From: the human T2T-CHM13v2.0 reference genome, Homo sapiens
DNA: 64,000 nucleotides
NCBI RefSeq assembly: GCF_009914755.1
Contig: NC_060925.1
Strand: one strand, 5' to 3'
Shown piece by piece: positions 37,983-49,428 of this stretch. The notes under the pieces are model-generated. The model saw only the letters and a list, made by a program, of their open reading frames with translations. It did not search any database and was not told the origin of the DNA. The stretch's first letter is position 1. Each line of letters starts with the position of its first letter. Both the position numbers and the translations under genes were made by a program.

Positions 37983-38117
37983 ATCTCTGAAGACCTGGGC
38001 AGTGAGAAGTTCTGCGTGGATGCAAATCAGGCGGGGGCTGGCAGCTGGCTCAAGTACATCCGTGTGGCGTGCTCCTGCGATGACCAGAACCTCACCATGT
38101 GTCAGATCAGTGAGCAG
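37983..38117 (+). CDS. PRDM16: PRDM16 exon 4 (135 nt): PR/SET domain part, contains internal Met
   Basis: Acceptor tttcctcccagcag|ATC, donor GAGCAG|gtaggt; encodes ISEDLGSEKFCVDANQAGAGSWLKYIRVACSCDDQNLTMCQISEQ; phase 0/0. Confidence 0.97.
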
Positions 38118-38973
38118 GTAGGTCCGGGCTCATAACAGGGGCTTCTGCCTCTTGGAATTGTCCCTGAGGATGTGGCACCAAGATTGGTGGAGGTGCCGAG
38201 GCAAGGGTTGTCTGAGCCTCTTTGGGGACATCTGCCAAGCCCTGGCCTGCAGTGGGGGTGCTGTTTGGTGCTTGGCCAGCACTGGCTTCCGGGGAGCTGA
38301 CTCACCCCGGGAGGGCTCCATTGGAGCCTTGCTCAGGGACCCTGCCTGAGGCTGGCAGTTCCTGAACCCCGAGATGGTGGTTCAGGTGGAAAAGAGCAAT
38401 GAAGCAGGCAGGACCGCGGATCACAGGGTCCACACTTCCTGCAAATGCCGCTTCCCTGAAGGACACGGGAGAAGCATAGAGCAGGAACAGTCACTGAAAG
38501 AATCCATCTAAATGGCGCTGTTTCACCAAATTTTCCGAAGAGTCCGCACCGGCCAATGAGGCAGCCACTCGGGGGGCCTCCTAGAGCCTCCGGGGCCTCT
38601 GACCAGCCTGCTGAAGGCCTTGGCCTTTTTGGCACAAAGTCCCTGTCCTGCAGGCAGCGAACCAGGCAAGAGATACCTTCACTTCCGTCCCTGCCACCTC
38701 GGGGCTGAGGAGCCCCCTAAGCTCCCTGGATCCTTGACCTCCACGGCTGGTCCACACCACCACCAGAACAGGCATCCAGACCCACAGGCTGATCAGGGGA
38801 GAAGACGCGGAGTCTCCTTCCACTCCAGAAGGCACCGTGTCCCCAGAGCTGGTCGCTGCTTCATGGATTTCTCTATTTCAAGCTTGCGAGTGGCCCCTGG
38901 AGGCCCTTCTCACTCTCAAGCCAGGCCTCCCGGGCGGCACTTTCCGCCTGCATCCTGAACACCGTGCGTTCCT

Positions 38974-39009
38974 CGGGGTGCCCGGGGTGCCCGGGGTGCC
39001 CGGGGTCCC
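38974..39009. repeat. (CGGGGTGCC)4 nonamer repeat
   Basis: cggggtgcc x3 + cggggtccc. Confidence 0.9.
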
Positions 39010-41093
39010 CGGCCCCTTACGTCACAGTAGTCTGGTTTTTCCTGTAATATCTTGGGGTCATACATGAGATTTCATTTGAAAAAAAAAAAGGATCCCATGG
39101 CTGTGAAAAATGTGTGTGAAGACCACGTCACGGAACATTCCCGCATAGCCTGTGCAAGCCATTGAAAGTGATTCAAGGCTCTCGACTTTACAGAAACAAT
39201 TTTGCATTAAGAAATGCACAGAGCAAACTCCAGGGAGGTCCCGCAGGCCCCGGCTGGCTGCCAGGGGCTCTCCCTCATTTGCCGTCCCCTTGGCTGTGGA
39301 GCAGAATCTCCATCGAGCAGTTGCTCCGCTGGACAAGCTCGTTCTGGATGGGGACATGAATCTACGCTACTACCAGGACTTCCGTGGCCTTCAGTTAGAG
39401 CCAAAAATGTTTAAAATAACTTTTTCTGATTGAAAAAAAATACAGAGATGAAGCAAAAGAATAATCATAAACATAAGAGCAGAACTTAAAAAAATTTTTT
39501 TCTTTCTTCCAGATGAAAGTGAAATTGGAGTGAAGGAAAATTGGGCTTGAGGCGCATAGAAGGACGGTCTTTCCGTCCCCTTCTGGGGCTCAGATTTGCA
39601 GAGTGTGTCCTTAGTCGTCCGTTGGGAAGCTGACGGGCAGGGGCACCGCGGGGCTGGGCCAGGGCTGTGCTTTTGTGAGATGCAAACTATAGTAATGAAG
39701 GGCCCAGATTTTTTTTATTTAAGAAATAAATGTTTATTAGAACTTTTGAACTAAACTTAAGCGGTAAAGTGGGTATCTTTATGTGTCTAGCTTTTTAAAA
39801 AACAAACGTGTAATCTCAAAGAGAAGCCTGTCTTTAAAAAAATCTTCATTGTATTATTAATATTTCGGGGAAGCTTTCCTTTTAGCTACACATGAGGTCC
39901 AAAAGGAATGGACTGCTTTGCAGCCAACTGTGTTTCCATGGTCAGGACCAGGGGGCAGAAATCCTTTTTGCCAGGATGGAAGAATGATCCTGAATCCTGA
40001 TCCGTTCCTTCCCTTTACCCCACCGTCATCCCACAGTGCCGACTTCCTCCAAAGCTCCGTCCTAGAGTCAGAAACATACTTGGCGCTATTACCCAAACCA
40101 CAGATAATGTCAAAACTCCTCAGATACCTCCTGACCTGCTAGATGGCTCTCTCCAACACCGCCTCAAGGGATTCGTTCTCTCTGTTTTAGGTCCATAGGC
40201 TGAATTAAAGCCACAAACCCAGAGGGAACTCGAAATGCACATTTAAGCAAATGCAACACCAAAATGGCCCAAAGCAGAGAGAAATTCCTCCACTCGGGGC
40301 ACTTCCGACCCCCTCAACCCCCTTGTGAGACCTTCCCCTCCGACAGGGAGAGGAGCCCTCTGCTCTTGAGAGCACCCCTCATAGGTAGCACAGCCGGTGA
40401 CGTCGGGTGTTACAGGGCCACCGACGCTCCTGCCCATGTCCCCGCAAAGGTGCACCTCCGAGCTGGATAAGCCATGTGGCTGGAATGCCCGGGAAAGCAG
40501 GAGCCGGCCAGAGGCTGGAGGAGACTCGCCGCCCAGGCACGGGGAGTGAGGTGGCTGAGTTGGCAGCTTCTTCTCCTGAAATCTCAACCGTGAATTTCAG
40601 TTATCAAACGAAAATGAGCATTGTGTGGAATGTATTTTCCTTTGAATAATAATAAGATTTAAACACTACAAATATGAAAAACTGCTCTCAGAAACCCATA
40701 GACTCTCATAGGACATGACTTTTAGCAATGCCTTTTGAAAGGGATATAATAGATTTCAATCTAGTGTTTAAATGCCCTCTCGCGCGCTGTGACGGCTGTG
40801 ACGGCCGCACGGCCTCGGCAGAAAGCATTTCCATTCCCTGGCCTTGACCACGGGAACGTGGGTTCCTGCAAAGCAACCTATTTGACCCTATGCGGAGCTA
40901 AAATAAAAACTGCCCTGAAATATTAATAAAGCCAAGAATTTTTTAAAAGCTTTTAACAACTTCTCTTTGAGAAGGAAACATCACATGATACTAATGCCAT
41001 TTCTCAGATTTCCACCATGCCAGGAGTTCCACCAGGATTTCCTGGTACTTACGAACACCATCCCCACACACAAACACACACAAGTGAACAATC

Positions 41094-41160
41094 TTCCTCC
41101 CTTCCCCTCTCTCTCTCCCTCTCTCTTTCTCTGTCTCTCTCTTTCTCTGTCTCTCTCTTT
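41094..41160. repeat. (CT)n-type simple repeat
   Basis: Pyrimidine tract ctctctctccctctctc... Confidence 0.85.
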
Positions 41161-43583
41161 CAAGATTGCACACACACCCCCACCTCTAATACAGCACAGA
41201 CACAGAAGGGAAGGAACCATATCTGAACATCCGAGCTCCGTAAAACAACGTCGAGTTTGCCAAATGGTATTCGGCAGGGAAAATACTTCGGTCAGAAAAG
41301 CATCACCATCATTTTGAGGTTCAAGACATGTGACCTCAGCCCCCATTTTCAAAGGAAAAAGGAGACTAGGGCAGAAGACAGTGTAAACGTCCTAAAAAGA
41401 AAGTTCTGGAAGCCACAGCCTCCCAGAAGAGATGAGCTCCTCTACTGGGCTGAGGAGAGAGGCCGCTCTGAACTGAAAACTCAGGTCGATATTCAGATGG
41501 GGACCCAGGCTGGGGCTTTCCCCGAGTCTCCTGCTACTGGCAGCCAGGACTTAAGCAAACTCTGGGGCCTGGCCTCCAGGGTGCTACTATGTCCTTGGGG
41601 TGAGACCCACACTTTAGGGGCACTTTGGAGGCGGGGGAGTCACACACCTCCTTCAGCCCATCCCGGGCTCCTCCTGGCCTTCACTGGATGTGGGTTGCTG
41701 TGCATTCAGATGGGGTCTGGGGGCGGACGCCACCCCCGCATCCCTCATGGTTCCATGCAGTGTACTGGCGCTCTAGCTGATGCTTTGGGGCGCTCCAGGG
41801 CACCTGCTGAGCTGGGCAGTGCAGCACCCACAGGCCCGGTTCTGACTGTCTGGCCAGGACCCAATTCTGGCTGCTCAGAAGCCTGCTCAAATCACTGACC
41901 ACGTGTCCCTCTCCCAGCATCCCCTAACACGCCCCAAGACACCTGCCCTGTACAAAAGAGGACCGGCCATGTGCTCCTCTGCAGCCACTGGGGAGAGGCA
42001 GGGGACAGGGACTTGAGAACATGTGAGCCCCGGAGCTTGAAAAGGCTCAGCAACCAGCCAGCACCTCCCCAGAGGCTCCCCACTGCCCTGCCGCCTCGCA
42101 GTGCCTCATGGACGGAGGCAGGACCGGCTAAGCTGAGGGAGGCATGGAGGCCCCGACACCCTCCTTCCCAGGCAGGGCTGGCCCAGCATCCTGTTCCTTC
42201 CCCATCTCAGGCCCCATGGGAATCGGACCGTCCTCTCCATGAACAAGAGCTATCCCTATGGCGTGGGGCTGAGGGGGCTGCTTGTGGGCCCCACCTCCAC
42301 GTTCTCATCTGGCAATGAGATTCCCCCTCCTGGCCCCAGGGGACCTCTTGAGAGGTGACCGGGCCCATCCCAGCCCTCCTCATGGCTCATGGGAGAGCCG
42401 AGCAGAGCCAGAGGCCACATTGGGCCATGAATTTGTTCCTGGGCCCGGCCCTGTTGCCCAAAAGGGGACTTGTGGTTTTCTATTTGCACAAGGAGGCCCC
42501 AGATCACGGCCAAGGGCACACTGGCCCCTTCCGAGGCCAAGGGTCCCGCTGCTCCTGAAGCGGCGCAGGCTCTCTGGGGAGCTGCTGGGAGCAAAACATC
42601 CCTGCACACAGCTGCGGGGACCGAGCCTTTCCCCTGGGACTTTCGGGGCAATCAGATTGCAAGGGAGATAGGGCTCTGAGGTGTCAGAAGTCGTCGTGGG
42701 GGACTTTGACTTGCTGCCTCGTCCGAGCATGAGCGGAAGGCACAGAGGGGCCCTCGGGAATCTCCATGCACTTTTCTGGGGGTGCGCCCCCCCCACCCCC
42801 ACCCTCTGGCTCCTACTTTCCCTTTTGGAAAATTCAAGACACTCAGATCACCCCTGGGTGGTTCTTTCTCCTGTAATTATGAACAAATGAGCTGGTTTGA
42901 AATGTTTCAGGAGACACAGACAGGGACAGTTCCTGAATTTGTTTTAACGTGAAGAAAGAAAACAAGAGCTTGGCGATGAAGCGCCTGCGGGGGGATGCGG
43001 GAGGCAGGGAGGAGCTGTCACAGCCGGCGCTTTCTGTTTTTTGGTTTATCTTTTTCTCATGTTGCCTCAATAGGGCAAGAATGTTGGTGGTGGGATGTCA
43101 ACTGTCTAGTGGGGCTGAAGATGGCGGGGGACAGGGCTGAGGTCAAACACAAATGTCGGGGAGCTGGACTCAGGGGTGCGGGCCCCCCAGCGTACCACGG
43201 AACGGCTGTAGGGCTCTCAAACGACCTGTAGCACCCCTGGATTGAGAGAAGCAGCCCCAATCTGCATAGCGCCCTGGGGCTGCCTGGGCATCAGACAAAC
43301 CCCAAAACCCCAGGGCCTTCCAGGGGCAGAGCAGGGGTCCCGGCGCCCGCCGTGGAGCAGCACAGCCCCTCCACAGAGTGTTCCGCGCAGGCATTGTGTT
43401 AGAAGAGTGGCCGCCGGTGGCCAGGCAGCACCGCGTGGACAAGAGCCCGCGCGGGTTGTTCATGAGAACCAGGTGTCTCTCGGGTCGGCGGAGGGCATTT
43501 CTCTTTTGCTTTGCTGTCCTGGGCTCTGACCCGGGTCCCGCGTTTCTGTCTGGGCGTGTGCCCTGTCAGGGTTGCGGTTTTAA

Positions 43584-44006
<423 letters not shown>

Positions 44007-46229
44007 TAATTTGGTCAAGGCAGGCAGGAGCCTCCCACCATGCGACACAGTTTACCCCCTTGAAATGGGCGGGAGGAGGGCAGGGGGCTCCTTCGGTATT
44101 TCATAACCAGCTTACAAAAGACTCCAAAATACATGCAGGTTGCTTTGATTCCCATTTTACGGGGCCCCCTTTGGAACAAACTGATCCTCTTCTTGGTGAA
44201 GAACAAGGTTTAAATTCAACTGTGCCGTCTGAACCGCTACGCAAACCACCTGTCAGGATTTGTATATTCCTTTCCTGCTCGTTACAGGCTCACTTTACTA
44301 GACGAAGCTATTTAAGAATGATCAAGGTAATTTAACTGTGGACTCGTCATTTATATTTTTATAATCCAGATCCAAACCACACAACTAAGAAACAGATAAG
44401 TGTGCACAGAGTTTTATTTCATGTCTGGGTCGCTGGGATGGTGACGGCATATCGCACACCACACAATAATAAAACTTAGGCTTAATAAAAATGCTTCAGC
44501 TATGTGCAGGACAAGAGGAAGGTGGCGAAGCCCGGGACTCCAGCGGGCTTTTCCTCGCTCTGCCAGAGGATAGGACTGTCTATAGTCTGGGAGCCTGACT
44601 GTGGTCTCCTCCAGCCGCTCAGCACGGAGGAAGCCGGAAATTGAGGCCGGCCAGAGGCAGGCTCCCAAGCACAGGCGTGCACAGGGTAGGGAGAAAGGAG
44701 ACCCCTGCCCAAACCCCAGCGCTGCAAATCGGGGTGCTGCCCCTGCTGGCGCTTAGGGCATCATCACTACGACATGCTCAGCTCCTGGGCCGGCCTCGGG
44801 GCTCGGGGATCATCACAGCGCTTTCCCACACTCACAGCGTGTGGAGACAGCAAGGAGTTAAAATGAAGCCGGGAGCAGCACTGAGACCCAGCCACCTCCG
44901 CTAAAACCAAAATGCAGGGGACGATCCTCAGCCCAACATCCTCTCTCTCTCCCAAGGCCAGGTGAGAGGCAGACCGGGTCACCAGGGGAATCTGCTTTTG
45001 GGAAATGGTTTCAAAGAATTCCGATTCCACTGGCTGCTTTCACGTGTTTTGTGAGAAAAGCCTCTTGCACAGTAAACTCAGGCACAGTTGAATTCTGAAA
45101 TCCAGAATGGTGAGCGATTGAGTTTTTTCCAGTAAGCACACGGAAGGAGGGTTCACCTACTTGATTCAAGCCTGCCTTTAAAGTTTATTACGCTGGTCAA
45201 AAAGAGACAAGAAAGCCCAAAAGTTCGCTTGATGGAAAAAATTCATTTATTCCAGGAAAGAGAAAACAAGAACGGCCGCTGCTCAGATTCAACCCAGTTC
45301 CTTTTAGTCTGCAGTCCGGTGATTCCCACCTGGTGGAATTTGCATGGAGTTTTTCGTCTATTTGTATTGTTAAATTCTATGATTAAGCGGGAATGAGAAC
45401 CGTACCACTAAGAGCTTCATATTCGAAAGTCGTCTCTTTTCTTGTGAATTGATTTGATATTTTAAAAACTTTCTTTAAAGACCTGTAAGGAGAAGGTATC
45501 CCAAAGCTGGCAGCCATTGTAAATGTAAATGATTTCTGTGTCTTAAAGAATATTGCTGGGAGCAATGATACTAATTTTCATAAAAGGCTCTGTCTGAATG
45601 AACGTGGCCTGGGCTGACTCTAGGCTCTTCTCGGGCAATTTCTCTGCCTTCTGTTGAGAACGTGGCCATTTATTTGTCCCAGAAGTCCACTTACCTACAA
45701 GAAGCCGCCTCTTTGTGTCTGGAAAGTGATAAAAGGGGGAGAAAATAGGCAGGGTCATGCTAAATACAGTTTGAATTCGGAGGACCTGTGTTTCGTGTTG
45801 TTCACCCACGTTCAGTCAAGTCATTGTTGTTACAAAGAGAACCTGAAGTGTTGGAACAAGGACTTAACTTCAGATCCAGTCTGTTTGGCATCATTATTTT
45901 TTTAAAGCCATTTACAGCAGACATTTATTGGCGCTAGTAAACTCAGCTGTTGTTAAGAGGGTTCCCCACCCTCTCAGATCCTTAAACCAAAGGGAAAATT
46001 CCAGCCTTGCCCGTGCAACACAACCCGGGGACTTAGGCACGACTTCAACAGCATAGCGGAGGCGAGTGTTTATAAAAAGGCATAGATGCCTAGATGCTGT
46101 CGCTTAAGCAAATATACTGTTCTTCTTCCTTTCCGGCGGCCAGTCGTCCTCCCTGAGGCCGCTGCTGGGGGCTAAAGGCTATCAGAGACTCCAGACTTTA
46201 TTTTTGCTTCAACAGACTTCTCCCACCAT

Positions 46230-47480
46230 GCTGACTTAGCGCGGTCTGAGCAGGACCCACCGCGGGTCTCACGAGGAAAGGAGGATTATAAGCAGACGGC
46301 AGGAATGTGTAGGGAGCTGCAGTCATAATTTATGACAAGCCCTGCAGGAAGGGGTCTGCAGTACAGTAAATGCGCAATTTGTGACGCTCTCGAGCCAGGA
46401 GCCGGCGCAGGCTGGGTCCGCAGACGCCCGGTTCCCACCGCGGCCGGCCCGGTCTTTGTCCCGGGAAGTCGCCTGACCCCGCCGGCCAGGAACAGTGGCG
46501 TTCTCGGCGCGTCTGGCTGATAAGGCCTTTGTGACACCGGGGACAGGCTGTAAAAACGCAGCCAGCTTTTGTCTGCACCTCCGCGCCGCTGGCAAGGGCG
46601 GGGCCGGCGAGTGTGGAAAAGTTTGCGCGGATTCCCGTTCACCTCTGACCCCCGAAGCAGTTGGAGGCAGGTCGGGGACCCCCGCCCCCGCCCCGCCCCG
46701 CCTCGGGCCCTGCGATCAGCAGTAATAGCGATTAATTCCGACTGTGGCTCCAAGTCCCATGGCCAAGGCGCCCTCCTCCTGCAGGTCCAGGGCCAGGGAG
46801 GGGGAGCCCGCGGCCCGGCGCGCTAGACCCTCCCGCGGCGGCGGCGGCTCCAGGGCAGTGTCCGCGCCGGAGGGGAGGGTCCCCCGGCAAGTCTGCTGCC
46901 CTCGGAGCCGGGGTGGGGTCCCAGGAGACACCGGGGGCCCTCGGATTGGGGGAAGAGGTGGGGGAAGGGGTTTCCTTCCGCAGCGCCGCGGATCAGAGGA
47001 GGGAGGCCTGGCGCCCTCGGAGCTGCGGTGGGGGGCATCCCAGGAGATCTGGCTCGGTGTGTAGAGAAGGGAGTCCGGGCGGCGTCCTGGGAGTGTCTGT
47101 GGCCTGCAGAGAGGGGATGGGGTTGGGGTGTGGATCCCGGGAGGCTCGGAGGCGCTCGGAGGCTCTCGGAGGGGGCCAGGCGGAGGATCCAGGAGGGCCG
47201 CGCCCAGCCCCCGTCCGCCCACCCAGCCCTCTGCCCGCCAGTGGAGCGGAGCCGAGAAGCAGGGAGTGCGGGAGGATGCCCGAGGTCTCACGTCAGGACC
47301 CTCGACGGGGGTGGGGTGGAGAGGGAGGTGGTGGGTGGGGTGGGTGGTGCGGCCTGGAGTGGAGCCAAGGGGCGGGCGGCCAGGGTCCACATTGCCCTCT
47401 AACGGGACCCCTCGAGAAGCCTCAGCCTCGCCCGCTGACCCTCCTCTCTCCTGCCCAGGGCCCGGGCCAGGCCACCTGCC
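46230..47480. promoter_or_regulatory. Intragenic CpG island in intron 4 with clustered GC boxes
   Basis: Very high GC and CpG density by eye (ccgcggccggcccgg, cggcccggcgcgc, ccgcggcggcggcggc); four adjacent CCGCCC/CCGCCT boxes at ~46681-46703. Boundaries approximate. Confidence 0.85.
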
Positions 47481-49325
47481 CCAGGGGCATCAGCCAGGCC
47501 GGGCAGTCACTCAGCAGCCCCTTCCACTTGCGTCTGCTACAATGCCACTCACGGCACCGCTCAGAGGGTCACCCGGGCTTTGTCCCAGCTGGCGCTTCTC
47601 ATCCCGCACTTTGGGCCCGATTTTCTAATACAGTGGCTCAAGTTTCTTTTTTAAAAAAGAGACAATGATTCAGCCACTGTGTGATTTTTTTTTTGATAAG
47701 ATGATACAAAACTGGGGTCCTAATAATAATGGGTTTAATTGAAGAAGTTACCATGGGCCAGTTTCTCCTCTCCACTTTTACATCTCCTCATAATTTTAGC
47801 AACTTACCTGACGCCCCATAAGGGAACTTCACACACTACTGACAGAGGCCGTGCACCTGCCTGTCCTCCTTCGTGCAGTTCCTGTCTGGGTGTCTTGGGA
47901 GTAGCAGACACTGGGCATTACCGTCACGCTGTGACTTATGTGTGTCTTTTGAGAGTTCCTTGGTGTCATTCTGGAGTCAGTTGGGACTGGCAGATTGTAG
48001 TGAAATTCACAATGTGGGGGACATGGGGGAGGAGCATGCAGGGGCCACACCCAGCCCTGTCTCGGGGGTGCCCAGCTGTGTCCAGCCACAGACCCCAGCC
48101 AGGTCCAGGTGCTGGAGAGCCTGGCCTGACACAGGATGGTCAGTGGGGATGGGAGTGTCACCCACAAGGATGGCCACGTCCCCTCAATCCCTGGGAGCCC
48201 TTCCCTTTCTGAGTCTAGACCCACTCTGTTTTCTTGGAGGAGCCTCAGCCCCAGGTCTCGCAGGGGCAGGTGGATTTCCCTTGGGCCTCTCCCCAGCCTC
48301 ACAGCCAGTCCTCCGGCCAGGCCTGCAGTTCCCTGGAAGCTCCCCAGTTACTGTGATCAGAAGAGAGTCTCAAACACCCACATGTGCAGGGTGGACAGTG
48401 ACTCCCCCAAGAGAAACACACCTGCCGCCAGACACTCCCGGACCGAAGACACAGGGTTCCTTGTGCTGGCGGCATGGCCCGTGCCCTGGCCCAGGCCTCA
48501 GATGGCCTGGCCTCCCCTTTGTGAACTGCTAATTTTCTTCATCTCGACCACCACTTCCACACCCCAAGACAACCTCCTCTTTTCAGGAGGCCCCTGGCAA
48601 GCTGCAGTGACACAGCCCCCAACAGCACTGCTCAGTGAGCAGAGTTCCAAATGGAGGTCCCCTCGCCCCCAGGGCTTGACCAGGCTGCAGAATCTACCTG
48701 AGCCCATCAGTTCTCAAGGGTGTCCTCCATCCCAGACTCCCGCCTGTGGGGTCAGCAGCAAGGCGCCAAGCTGACAGTGGGCACACAGTCCTGCCCGCCC
48801 CAGCCTTCCTGGCTCATGGCATCCCCGCTCCTGGGAGAACCGCAGCCCCATGTCCTGACTCACTGGCCAGGCGCAGCTCATGGCCACTTTCAGAAACAAC
48901 CAGATTCACTCCACACCCTGAGCTCCCCCTCCCCCGCCGCCACTGGCAAAGCGGGTCTCACTTACATACACAAAATGGAACAAAAGAAACTTGAGAACCC
49001 ACCCAGGTGGGCTCTTGGTGGAAGCGGGGCTCTGCTGTGCCCCCAGGACACCCCCAGCTGGGAACTTTCATGTGGATCCTACCTGTTTAGTCGGCCACCC
49101 CCTTTATGAATATCCTAAAACCCAATAAAGCAAATTAAAAGGGGACGCAATTCCTTCTGCGCATACTCTGCAAAAGTTCCATAGGGGACCCTCTTGGTGG
49201 CAATTAGAGGAAAATCAAGTGCAGGCCGAGCTGCGTCCACAGTGTGAGGGCTGAGTGTGCACTGAGAGGCTCTCCAGACACCAACAAACCACACTCACCC
49301 TTTCTCTCTGGTCTCTCCATCCTAG

Positions 49326-49428
49326 ATTTACTATAAAGTCATTAAGGACATTGAGCCAGGTGAGGAGCTGCTGGTGCACGTGAAGGAAGGCGTCTACCCC
49401 CTGGGCACAGTGCCGCCCGGCCTGGACG
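49326..49428 (+). CDS. PRDM16: PRDM16 exon 5 (103 nt): end of PR/SET domain
   Basis: Acceptor ctctccatcctag|ATT, donor GACG|gtaaga; encodes IYYKVIKDIEPGEELLVHVKEGVYPLGTVPPGLD; phase 0/1. Confidence 0.97.
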
